A DNA stretch of 64,000 nt from Phallusia mammillata. Taxonomy: Eukaryota. The notes under the pieces are model-generated. The model was not told the DNA's origin. It saw only the letters and a list, made by a program, of their open reading frames with translations, and searched no databases. Both the position numbers and the translations under genes were made by a program. The DNA lies in contig OZ281500.1 of the NCBI GenBank assembly GCA_965637545.1, positions 8,742,001 to 8,806,000 on the forward strand. Direction: 5' to 3'. This document shows, piece by piece, positions 51,901-64,000 of this stretch. Position 1 is the stretch's first letter. Each line of letters starts with the position of its first letter.

Positions 51901-54900
51901 CCTACACTTTGATTGCTCGGGACAACGACCCAGGCGTGAACGGAGAGGTAATTTACATTATCAAGAGATGCACTGAATAATGAGGTGCTAACTTCTGGAT
52001 ATTTGCTGCAGGTTGTTTACAGCCTTGGAACTGAAGACGAAGATAAACCATTTGTGATCGACTCCGAAAAGGGGCAGGTTTTAACAAACGGCGAAATAGA
52101 CTATGAAGAACACACATCATACACTTTGACAGTGATAGGTATGCTTCAATGAACGTTTTTAGCCCCAACGATACTTTAATTGCTGCTGTTCATTTCAGCT
52201 ACTGATCGAGGTGTAATACCTCGAAGCTCGTCAGCGACACTGAATATTGCAGTATCTGATGTGAATGACAATGTCCCCTCCTTCAGTTCACCTTTTTTCC
52301 TGGCATACGTTACCGAAAGCGTGAAACGGTCCAGTATCGTAACACGGTATGTTTTAATTTCTTTACGAATTTCCAGACAATTACAGTAACTTACTTTTGA
52401 TTCGACAGGCTGACAGCGGAGGACAGGGATTCTGGTGCAAACGCGCTTGTACGATATGGAGCAATGCCGCAGCGGGATTTGATCATCGGTGCTCGAACTG
52501 GCGAGGTGTCATTGGCACCAGGAACCAGCCTTGATTATGAACAACGTACTTCTTACCAATTGACGGTAAGTGTCGCACCATTCTAGTACTTTGACATACT
52601 ACAGTACACTTCACTTGCATTGATGTTGGGACTGAACCGTTCATTGAATTGTATCTGACATTGTTTCAGGTGAGCGCTGCCAATGATGGCGGTGAATCTA
52701 CATCAGCTGAACTTACAGTCCTGGTAACCGGTGTGAATGAGTTTGCTCCCCAGTTTTCGTCTTTGGAATATCCCCTCGTTACCTCAGTCAACTCAAATCC
52801 AGGTAAACACTCATTGCAAAACCTTTGACAATGTATTGATTTTCCTTGTTATTATGTGGTATTGTTTTTATAAAGGTCGCGTAATTTTTAACTTGAACGG
52901 GACTGACGATGACGCGGGTCCTGATGGTGTCATTTCATACGTTCTTAGTGGATGGAGCGAAGCAAAGGGTTTTCGCCTAAACTCTGCAACAGGTAAGCAC
53001 AGCGCTTTTACCAAGTTATATTCCCATATGCCACCAATTGACACATTACGTTCTTATCGACAGGCGAAATCGTGGTGAATGATGGAGCTGATTTTACAGT
53101 CGGTGATGTTGTGAACCTTACTGCCATTGCAAAGAATCCGGGCCTGGCGAATTCCGCTATTGTCACAGAAATCAGTATTATTGTTTCCATTGTGTCAGAT
53201 ATGTGTCTTGGGCAACCGTGTGAAAACGGTGCGGTTTGTCGTGATCTATCGAACGGCTATGTATGCGAATGCTTGCCAGGTAAACTTATTTAATGTTGAT
53301 AGAGTGCAACTCATCATTTTTAGCAATTTATGTAACAATGACTGCTTCCTAGGCTTCACTGGATCCAGTTGCAACGTTGAAATCAACGAATGTGACCCAA
53401 ACCCTTGTCAGAACGGCGGCACCTGTAGAGACCTGATTGGGAAGTTCGAATGCCAATGCAGAGTTGGGTTTAACGGTGCGACGTGCGCTAACAACATCGA
53501 CTACTGCAGTGAGCAGCCTTGTTTAAACGGAGGAACATGTATCGGTGTGTATTTGGGAGTTCTGTATAAACGACATTTGGAGTAGGGCGGTCAATGAAAA
53601 CCTTTATGTTTTTTCAGATGGTGAAAGTAACTACACTTGTGATTGCCCTTTCGGTACAAATGGAAGAAACTGCGAAGAAACCACGCTTGGATTTCCAGCG
53701 ACATCGTTTCTCGGTCTGGCTCATCTCCATCACGCTGCCAATCAAATTTCACTGTCATTCGCAACAGGTTTGTTTGCTTGGAGTGTAACAACATGGTTCA
53801 GTTCAGGGCGCTGACATTTGATATTTGTGACAGTTACGCCATCAAGCTTGCTATTTTACAATCACGGTGGAGAGTCTTTAACAACCTTCGTCGCATTGGA
53901 ATTGATTAATGGTCGTGCTCGTTTATCGTATAGCTTTGAAGGCACAAGGTAAGTTGACTTCAAGAATTACATTTGGTTCCCGTTTCTACAATGCTTAAAC
54001 GTGGTTTGTTTTTTTACCAGAACATATCGGATAACGACTGGAAATGGTTTAAACGATGGTGAATGGCACCAGATATCTGTCGTGATGAATCGTTTTCTGA
54101 TGTCAGTATCCGTGGACCAATGTCCGATCGGGGATACTTCTTGTGCTTCGAGTCAAGCGCATACAGGTCTATCAGTTTCCCACCTATCTGGACTCGGAAC
54201 GCAGAATCTGTATGTCGGTGGTGTTTCGTCGATTGAAGACATAACAAGTCATCCTGGACAGGTGAATGTAGATGTAGTTTAGGACTTGCACAAGCATAAC
54301 GTAAAAACGAATTCAAGTGGTTGCGTGTTAAAATTGCCTTGGCTTTGATTTCGCATTTCCCCGAAAGAAGTAAAAGATAACTTGCTGATACTAAAATCGA
54401 TGTAGGTGTTCATTTTACTCATAGCAGATCCAACAACATATGCATCTATTTGTACAGGTTTCCAGTTATGACTTTGTTGGCTGCATAAATAACATCATGG
54501 TCAACAACGTGAACATAACGGGTACGATGTCGCCAGCCATTCTTGAAAATCAAGGTGTCGTGGATGGATGCGTTCGCGCTGGTTCGCGGGCCACAGCTGA
54601 TGCCTGTATCTCCACCGAAAACCAACAGTCAGTGTGCGGTGTCGGTGCGAGCTGCTCGGATCGCTGGTCAAGCGTCCTATGCGAATGCCCTGATGACAAG
54701 TCCGGCAAAACGTGCCAAAACACAAGGGTAAGCTTAATGGCATATTGCTATTTTCGGTTTGCCCTTGCGTGATGGGAACCTAGATTTTGACGATGTAATT
54801 ACGTAGGTTGGGTCGACGTTCGGTGATACTAATTATCTCGCCTACGCGTTTGACGACGGATACGTTCAAGCTACGTTGGTGGAATCTTCAGGCGCTCTCT

Positions 54901-57900
54901 TTACGTCGGGAACTACTTCTAGGGTGCGACGTCAAACTGCTGGGACGACAGGTAAGGAGTGGCTGAAGAGGAGTAATCACGCAAGGATGTGTGGGGTGAT
55001 AATTAGAGGTTTTCTTGCGCAGAGTCAAGTATTCAAGTACGGTTTCGCACACGACAAAATGAATCGCTTATTGCTGTGGCGCAAGGCCAGACGGGATATG
55101 GCAGTGGCGCTTTATATGTAAGTTTTCATCTCCAAACTTGGAATTAAAAATGCATTTTGGCTTTGCAATGAATTTTTTTAACACAGGTTGAAAATGGGGG
55201 AGTTGTGTATTCATACACGGAACCAGCGCTCACAAGTCACAAAACGAATGTTGTCGTGTCTGATGGATCTTGGCACACTGTCGAAGTCGTTCTTAAAGCC
55301 CTCGACTCTGCTGTCGCCGTCACAATCTCCGTTGACGGGGTTGTTCGATTCGATGGAACGTCATCAAGCTCGATCAAAAAATTCTCAAACCCATCACAAG
55401 TAAAGGTAAATTAATCCCACATTCAGCCACAGGAAATAACAGGGCACGACCTTTACATAACACCTAGTAATCGCAATCAGAACTGCATAGATGTCATACC
55501 CAGCTCAGAAACACTACCACTTCTCTGTCCCCATTAATTAGCAGCTACAGTATGGTGAAAGGGCGTGTTGTTCTTCGCAGGCATTTTACCTCGGAGGTGC
55601 ACCTGTTGGTTCGTACAACCCTGTACCCGCCCTTGCCGGCTGCGTGTATAGCTTCCACGTGGATGGAAGCCCACAACCCTTGGCTGATGACGGTGGCAGC
55701 GCATTCCTGCGCGTGTCCCAGGGCGGTGCGACACCTGGTGGTAACGTTACCCACGGCTGCACTGGCAGTGACGTGTGCGTTGCGCAACCATGCGAAACCG
55801 ATCAGACGTGTGTGGATATTTGGTAAGAATACCGTTCTCCATTACACACATATTTCCATAAATCTGATTGTGGATGCCTGCTCTCCAAACATAAACTTGT
55901 CGTTGGTAATATTGTTGGGTTTTATACATTTTTGTTTGGGTATTCTATTCAGGTTTATTTTTAAGTTATTTTTGTCACATGAAAACTTTTGAAAATCCTA
56001 TTAAATCTGAAATGTGTGTCAAAATCATATAGTCAATTTTGGAACATAAAATACAACATTTTCATTTTTGTTACAGGGAAGCGTACGAGTGCGAATGTGT
56101 TTCCGGAAACGAGCTCGATGAGAACGGCAAGTGTCTTGTAAACTCGGCAGCTTTGTCTTGGTGGATATACGTCGTGATTGTTGTCATCGTTATAATCTTG
56201 CTTCTAATCGGCGCCTACGTGCTGTACATGTGGAGGTCAAAGAAGGATACCACCACTCCATACGGGATATGCTGCAGTAACGAGAGCAAAGCTATTCCAT
56301 CCACAATAAACGGTAAATAGAAACACGAGATATCTTTTAAGCAAACAATGCTGTAGGCACACAACAAAAAACAAAAAAATTGTCATTTAATGTTGAAGAC
56401 AGTTATGCGATAAAAATCACCGAAGTATGTTTTTCACACCATACATATAAAATGGATTTTAGGCCATTTTCCGCAATCAAATGCAAATACGTCAATGCTT
56501 GCAACAATTTTAAACAACATTGTTTATATCTTTTGCAGGTAATGGCATTGCCGGACGAAATAACAACAGTTTTGAATCTGAAGCTCACAAGAAAAGCAAT
56601 GGAACGAACGGATCGTTGTCAGCTGTGCGACCCGATCTTATATCGGATGATGTGAGGATTGTGGATGAGGAGGCGGTCAGTTCCGCCGCACAGACTAGTA
56701 GTGGAGCGGGAACTCCAGCAACCTCTCCTACATCTACAGTAAGTTTCTATAAGTTTTCTTTGGTGGAAATGTTAACACCATTAAGTTTATTGGGTTTCAG
56801 CAGCCCCAAAAATGATAAAATAGCCTGTTACATGAGTTGTTAGAAAAGCAATTTTAGACGTTTTCTAGAGGCTTTAAAAGAAAAAATATCAGTGGAGTGC
56901 ATGTAGCCTTCGTACATTCAGCCTACGGTGCCTATGTCTGTCATGTCCCATCAACAAATGCTAATACCTCTGATCCCGTTTTAGCGGAGCACCGTAAACA
57001 ATCGTTCGTTGACGCCGCTACACGAACAACATGAGGTGAGGCCCTCGAGCAAACTCTCCAACAAGTCTGCTTCGCCTTTACCCGATTATGACGCCATAAT
57101 GCGGACAAGATACGGTGTCGCCGACAAAGCCGACCGCGCATCTACGTTGCCCCCCATGTACGAAAGTGAGCGGGAATCGGCGACCCTTGGAAGAAGAGGA
57201 CAGGTGCCACACGGCGTCTCACCTCTAACTGGAGAACTCTTTGCCGTCACTGACATGTCCGGAAACTCCTCAGGAAGTGATGGAAAATATCGCGAGAGAA
57301 AGCGTTCAGCGCCTGCAAATGCCTATGACTCCAACGAAAGTCGACAAATGAGCAGATTACTAAATAAGTCACCTTACCTACAAGGTGGCAGGACATCCCC
57401 GCTGAAAGGAACCAATACCCTTCCTATGACACGACTAACTCCACAAAGCGAATTAAACAGGTAATTCTTAGGCAATGTTGTACAGGTGTGGTCCAATCAG
57501 TTTATTTGCATATCTCTATAAATATATATTGTTTTAGTTCCAACGCGAGTCGATATCAAACAGCGCGACCTCGAAGAGTGTCCGGTTCTGCTGCGTCATC
57601 ATCAACAACGTCATCGCTATCCCATGATACAGGACAACCTTCGTCACCAAGCAAACTACCCACAATCGAGGACATGGTTCAGGTAAATAGATTAAAAATT
57701 ATTATCAACTACCCCAAATTTTAGCGTTGGGCTTGTTGTCAAATGATGTTTTTAAAATTGTCTGTTGTTTCGACAAATTTAACATTCTTTACTATTTTAG
57801 CAACTCAACGGCCTCGTTGGATTAACCAGTGAAGAGATCGAATTGCTTAATGGCAACAGGTCAACGCACAGTTACTCTGACTCTGGTAGCATTACCACCA

Positions 57901-59092
57901 GTTATCCGCCGTCTGTCGCCACTGAGCTTGCAGAACCCATACCACCGCCTATGCCACATATCAGGCGAACTTCATATACCCCGGCAGAGCGTCCTTCGTC
58001 TTTGCCAGGGAGAAAAATACACCGCGTAGCTGTTGGGTCTCGCAGCAAAACTCCCATGACTTTAGCGAACGGACATTACAAGCTGTCTCCCAGCACCAAT
58101 AAAGAAATCTATAGGGATCTACCGGCGGATCTTCGTCCGTCAGAGCTCCTTCAGCCTCCTCCAGACACAAGTTCAGATGAAGAGAGCGACATCTTTATTA
58201 ACGAGAGGGCAAACCGACGAAGATCGTCAACTATGATTCCAGAATTGGTTGAGCCGCCGATCATGGGTAAGTAAACTTTGGTTTATGTTTGCTAAACTTG
58301 TTCATGGAAACACAGTAGCCCAACAAAAGGTATCAAAGTTAAAAAAACAAACAAGAAAATGGAAATTTTACTGGTGTGAAATATATCTTTGAAAAAAGAT
58401 CATTTTAACCATATAATCGGGTGTGTTAATTTTGTTTACATCAGTTTACATAACCTTTTTTCCTTGGAATTCTACACGGACATTTTTTATATCTATAGAA
58501 GTTGACGATCATGATTTGGAAGCGTACAACTCGATGAATGGACTCAATTTCGACTTTCTGCAGACGTACGGCAAGCATTACGAAGCTTTAGCCGGAGTCT
58601 TCCAGCAACTTGCTGCCCTACCGTCAATTGATGATGAAGAAAATGTTGCAGAGTAAGTTCAAATGTTGGCAAAACTGCTCCTACCCTCAACTGTACACGT
58701 GATGCCCTGTGCGATTTAATTAAATTTCGACCCATTGATAATTTTGCGTAGTTGGAAATATCCAAACCTTACCATTTAGCACTTGAATAAAATAACCATC
58801 ACTCTACAGATATAACACTGACTCGACGCAATCATCAACAAACAGTCAGGGCACTGGTAGAGTAAGCAGGAGCTCAACCAATCGCAGCGCTTCATCGCGT
58901 CGTACGAACGCCACGCGCACAAACAACCATCCACCTCAGCGACGGTCGTCGGCCGTATCCCACAACAATCCTCCGCGAACGCGAGGCTTATCTACGTCAG
59001 CTCTGCCACGCGTGACGTCACCGGTGGACGTTCAAACTGCGCGACCGCGATCGGTAAACTGCAAGCGGACACGACTTGAACATTATGTTTGA
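33943..59092 (+). CDS. FAT4: FAT4/Fat-type giant atypical cadherin: signal peptide, ~32 cadherin repeats, 3 EGF, LamG-EGF-LamG-EGF, TM, long cytoplasmic tail; several dozen exons
   Basis: Signal peptide MLPHHKLIIGLLLGLCCVKNCLG, then VTFSIREE...GHTYR|LNPPNSLFWLNGVTGELWANKTIDRE, resembling FAT4 EC1. Repeated DRE/DxD/DxNDN motifs. EGF and LamG exons at 53190-56140. TM segment WWIYVVIVVIVIILLLIGAYVLY. Conserved tail motif LNFDFLQTYGKHYEALAGVFQQLAALP. Last exon 58810-59092 ends ...RLEHYV* (vertebrate FAT4 ends EQYV, from memory). Confidence 0.93.
43249..43386. other. Near-perfect 65-bp inverted repeat with an 8-nt loop in the largest FAT4 intron
   Basis: Arm 43249-43313 pairs with 43322-43386 around the loop acaagttc, with one T/T mismatch and two positions that are G-U pairs on the + strand. 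Confidence 0.95.
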
Positions 59093-60234
59093 TTGTTGTT
59101 TTTGTTTATTTGTCTTCCCTCACCGTGCAATGATATTTCTATTTGCGTTTTTTAACGTTCCGTCTGCCTGGTGTTAAGGTCCGTCTTGCCCGGGATATTT
59201 TACTGTATTTGTGCGTTATTGCTCTTCCCAAACTTCACGTTGCCAATAAATATTACATTGTTGCTATATGTGCTAAAAGTGATCGACTTAATGCAGCGTC
59301 CAAGTGAGTTATTTGTCGCTAATAGTTAGAAAGATGTTTTTAGTTCCAAGAACGGCGGAAGAATAAGAACAGTTTTATCCTGCGTTAAATGACAAACGTT
59401 TATTGACCAACGCTTGTGTTGTGGCAGTAAGTGCTAAAAGAAACTAAAACTAATCAGTAGCTATAGCTTAAGACCACTACCTTTTCAAAATTGAACTTGG
59501 CACTCCGAAGAACACAGCTTACAACTATTTTCAAAATATTATGTTTGAGCAAAAAAATCTTTTGGACAAAACTCGAGTTTTAACCAACAAAGGGGTCGTT
59601 GATTTAGATCTGTCAATAATATGACGTCATTTAGGGCCAAGCATTATTTAATAGTCTTAATATCGGGGCAAAATCTTACTTGTCGGTGCCTTGGTGTGGG
59701 ACAGTGGTCATAGCGTCAGTGCTGCGTCACATAGGCCTGATTTGAAGGACCTGGCAGCCCACGCGATGTCTTGGTCCACGTCTAATGAAACGTATTATTT
59801 CTACAAATCAGATCTAAATAAGAAATCAGATCAATATTTTTAACAAAATCACAGAAGTCCAGAACGGCGGAGTTTTATCCGACTAGTTTGTTCTTTTTGT
59901 CATTTTCTGTGGAACGATGGGACTTTCCCGAGGAAATTTTTAATCCAATACAACAGAAATATTCTTGTACTCAAAATATCACAATAAAATATTAATTGAC
60001 TTACAAAAGTGCATTTAGAAAACACACATTTGTACAATGTAAGTGAGAAAAATATTTTTACTTTTTATAACAAATCAAACAACACATGCTTTTTTTTCTA
60101 AATATTTTTGTAAACGATCACATTGTTGCGGATATATTTACATAGTACATGTGCTGTGATTTTTGGCAACTTTAGCTTGTTGTTGGGCTAACAAGATTCC
60201 AGAGCAACACACAAACTTCTTAAAAAAGGCCGGG

Positions 60235-63200
60235 ATGAAGTTCGGATTTAAGGTAAGGAAGATTTTTACGATCAAATCATGTGCAATAGACAAACTATAT
60301 CTATTATTTTCTTTCATAGGATAAGCCGTGATTCTGAATATGGTAGCCTGCTCGTAAAGTTACAAATGCTCTGCTGTTTGGCCTTCCAATAGGGCACAGG
60401 CCAAATTAGGGCAACTATATTATTGTGACCTTCTTTGAGTTGCGCCAAGTGTGATTGAAATATTTTTGTTTTTAGATAAGATTTTTTGAGGGATTGGTGT
60501 TTTTGGTCAGTTAGGTTGTAATTTTAAGGTGGAAAGTTAGTTTTAACTCCTTTTAGGTTGTTTAAAATACATTAATGTGTATGTTTTTTATTTTATTTAG
60601 TTTTCCAATCTTCTCGGAACGGTATATCGAAAGGGCAATGTGACTTTCCTCAAAGATGGGAATACTGTTGTCAGCCCAGTTGGAAATCGATTATCCCTAT
60701 TTGATCTTAAAAGGTAAATAGTAGAATGATTCAGAGTGAGTAAAATGTCCCTTTATTTTAACATAATGTTTTCTTTGTAGTCCTCCCAAAATGCATAGAA
60801 TATTATTAATAATATAAGGCCTGCTAAACAAACTAGATGTTAACGCAAAATATAATTTACTGTAGCAACAAATCTGAAACTCTTCAGTTCACAACTAAGC
60901 ACAATATTTCATGTATTGCTGTGTCACCTGATAGCAGCGCAGCGATTCTTGTTGATGAAGGTATGCCTCATATCAATACATGTGATAAAAACAAAAACCT
61001 TATTTTTAATACTGCATCACTTTTTTTCCTCTTGTAGAAGGTGAAATTACATTGATTAACTTGATCAGTAAGACTGTACTGCATCGTCATGATTTTCGAA
61101 AACCAGTAAACTGTGTCAGGTAAGTTTAGTTGATTGTTTTGTGGTTCTGAATTTTAAATACATCTTTGTAAAAGCAAAAGAACCCACATATCAAGTATTA
61201 ACCATTTTGTAAAAGTTTTCATTTGTACTATATTATTGTTTTTTCACAGCTTCAGTCCTGATGGTAAAAAATTTGCAGTTTGCAAAGACAATGTAATCCT
61301 AATGTATCATGCGCCTGGTAAAACAATGTCATTAAATCCATTCTCTCTGTATCGAACCTTTTATGGAGCATACAACGATGTTACATGCATAGACTGGACA
61401 GATGACAGTAGGTATGTAAAGTGACATTGTATGAACATTATTGTGTTACATGTCAACTTGAACATTTCGATCATAGAGTATTTGCTGTTGGTGGAAAGGA
61501 TATGAACACAAGGGTATATGCAGCAGTAAAACTTGAGAACCTTGTTATCTACTCCCTTGGTGGTCACAAAGATGAAATAGTTGGTATGAAAACAGCTGAT
61601 GCTAAGTGTATGTAACCTTTATTGGTATTTGAAATCATATTTGTTTTTAAGGCTGCTTTTTTGAAAAGGACTCATTGGATATTTACTCTGTTAGTCGGGA
61701 TGGGACACTCAATGTATGGGATTGTGACACTGATTTGGATGACCTCAAGTCTCGTGCAGAATTTGAGTGAGTTACAATTTTAAAAGATAAGTGGCTGACA
61801 TAGTTTAAAAATCTTCTTAATTTTAGAACTGTTCCATACTCAGAAGAATTTGTTGAGGAAACTGAGTTGGAGGAAGAAGAAACTAAAGCTTCCAAAACAG
61901 AGTCTGAAGTGGATACAACCAACACCAAGATTTTGTACACCAGGACTGCAAAGTATGTACACATTCTTAAGTTTAGAATATTTTAAATAATATATATTTT
62001 ATTATTTCACTGTACCTGGAATGTTTTACAGGCATTTTTTCAACAAGGAAGGTGACTTTAACAATGTGACCAGTGTCTCCTACCATTCTGCCACACACAT
62101 TCTGGTCACTGGTTTTGCCTCTGGCTCTTTCCAGATACATGAACTGCCTGATTTCAACCTCATTCATACTCTCAGGTGAAACTACGAAAAACTATGCCTA
62201 CTCCTTTTCTCCTGGTTTCTCTATAACACTATAAGTCCAATACAAATATTAAAACCAATCAGGTAAAAACCTACAACATTAGTACTGAAGACAATTAGTT
62301 TACTTGAGCATGTATCAATAGATTGCTAGAAACTGATCAACTTTTTCAAAACTCTTGTTCTTAATCTAACTTTTTTGTTTGCAGTATATCAGAGCACAAA
62401 ATTACAGCTTCTGCATTTAATGTGACTGGAGATTGGATTGCCCTTGCTTCAGCAGATCTTGGTCAGCTACTGGTCTGGGAATGGCAAAGTGAAACTTACA
62501 TAATGAAACAACAAGGTCATTTTAACGGAATGTCATGCTTGGATTATTCGCCAGACGGACGATACATTGTGACTGGTGGAGAAGATGGCAAGGTGCATAA
62601 GTTTTGTTCTATAAAAACATCACATGAACCTAAATGTCTGAAAGACTAAAATGAAAAATTCAATACAAAGGGTTAATACCTAAAGTAGGGATTTGCTGAA
62701 GAAAAAACAATTTTGGAAAAGTGCTTGATGTACTATGGAATAGTAGTCCTGATCTTTTTGTGTCTTTGCGTTTTAAGGTAAAAGTTTGGAATACAAACAG
62801 TGGATTTTGTTTTGTGACATTTTCCGAGCACACAGCGGCCATCACCGGCGTCCAGTTTACTTCAAATGGTCACGTGATAATGTCTTCGTCCATCGACGGC
62901 ACGGTCAGAGCATTTGATTTACACAGGTGTGACTTTTTTATTTTTTAAGGGTACAGTGAGCTTTTCTGTAGTGCGTGGTATTAGTCTAATTTAAACCGAC
63001 GTAGATGCAAACAGATAACTCATTTGTTTACTACAGGTATCGGAATTTTCGAACCTTCACTGCGCCACGTCCCACACAGTTTTCGTGCCTTGCTGCTGAT
63101 GGTAGTGGGGAGCTTGTGGGGGCAGGTTCTGAAGACAATTTCGAAATATACGTATGGTCTGTAAGAACTGGACGACTTCTGGATGTACTTGCAGGTTGGC

Positions 63201-63675
63201 GTTTGTTGTTTGTATTTGTTATGTAAGTGATATCAAGTCTAAGTATTAATTCTCACACCAAAAGCAACCACAAAGCTGTATTCTGTGCAAGTATATTGTT
63301 TAGGTTCACTGTTTTGCGTTTTGCGTATTAAAAACAAAAATCTGTTTTAATTCCAGCACATGAGGCCCCCGTTTCAAGTATTGCTTTCTCGCCAAACGAA
63401 AGTTTGTTGGCAAGCGGATCGTGGGACCACAGCGCCATCTTGTGGAAGATTGGCGACGAGAAGGGAGCGCGTGAAACCATACAGATTGGACATGACGGTA
63501 AAATACATCACTGTACAATCATTACAAGTCACTTTAATTAATACCAAAAATCGTGCTTAGTTATGTCTGTTGCTTTTCGACCTGACGGCAAGGAGTTAGC
63601 TGTTTCTTCACTCAACGCGGAAATAAGCTTCTGGGATGTTCAAACTGCTACGCAAAACGGGTCCGTCGAGTGCAG
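60235..63675 (+). CDS. PWP2: Periodic tryptophan protein 2 (WD40 SSU-processome factor), 5' part; the gene continues past the window
   Basis: MKFGFK|FSNLLGTVYRKGNVTFLKDGNTVVSPVGNRLSLFDLK|...SFSPDGKKF...YHAPGK...TCIDWTDDS|...LGGHKDEIV|...GDWIALASADLGQLLVWEWQSETYIMKQQGHFNGMSCLDYSPDGRYIVTGGEDGK|VKVWNTNSGFCFVTFSEHT...RAFDLH|RYRNFRTFTAP... All are characteristic PWP2 segments. Confidence 0.96.
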
Positions 63676-64000
63676 GTGGGAAAGCTAAAACCTTATTGAT
63701 GAAACTGATTCTTTTTTTTCATAGAAAAAGTGCTTGAAACATCATCGTTTTTATCGTTTTTTTCGCATCACTAGTGGAAAGCCTACCAGGTGGTGCACAA
63801 GTTTACTGTAGCTAAAAAATCAAAATAACATAATTAGTATTATAATTAGCATGAACTTTTAGTTAGAATGATACATTGTGCGTTTGTGCCACAATCACTT
63901 TACACAAACTAAACTGATAGTAGGCATTGTAGTTTAGCCTATTTTCGGCATGTAAGTGGCAAACGAACAGGTTTTTCGGATATGAGTGGTACCCGACTTG

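Noticed and set aside
59340-59900. Repeated agaacggcgga...gttttatcc, inverted gatttagatctg/cagatctaaat and a TGACGTCA palindrome between FAT4 and PWP2
   Set aside because: Only short matches with no defined boundaries. A degenerate repeat or promoter motif cannot be distinguished from chance.
59092-60235. FAT4-PWP2 as an operon with a trans-splice acceptor (ctttag ~60176)
   Set aside because: The 1.1-kb spacer has its own AATAAA sites and room for a promoter. Sequence alone gives no evidence of polycistronic transcription.

Overview
Eukaryotic (metazoan) DNA, AT-rich with many 55-100 nt introns. The compact genes and MITE types look ascidian/tunicate-like, but that taxon call is inference. 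Left third (1-22 kb) is gene-free and repeat-dense: a ~1.82-kb tandem array in alternating A/B units whose + strand looks like a decayed leucine-rich-repeat coding sequence, a five-level nest of hAT/Tc1-type MITEs, a nearly complete Penelope-like retroelement (RT + GIY-YIG, inverted and tandem pLTRs with hammerhead ribozyme motifs, 12-bp TSD), and a MULE-in-MULE nest. The rest holds three + strand intron-rich genes: TDRD3 (22342-28638), a FAT4-type giant cadherin (33943-59092; about 32 cadherin repeats, EGF/LamG, TM, C-terminal EHYV), and the 5' part of PWP2 (60235 to beyond the window). All coordinates and alignments were read by hand, and comparisons with human proteins are from memory.
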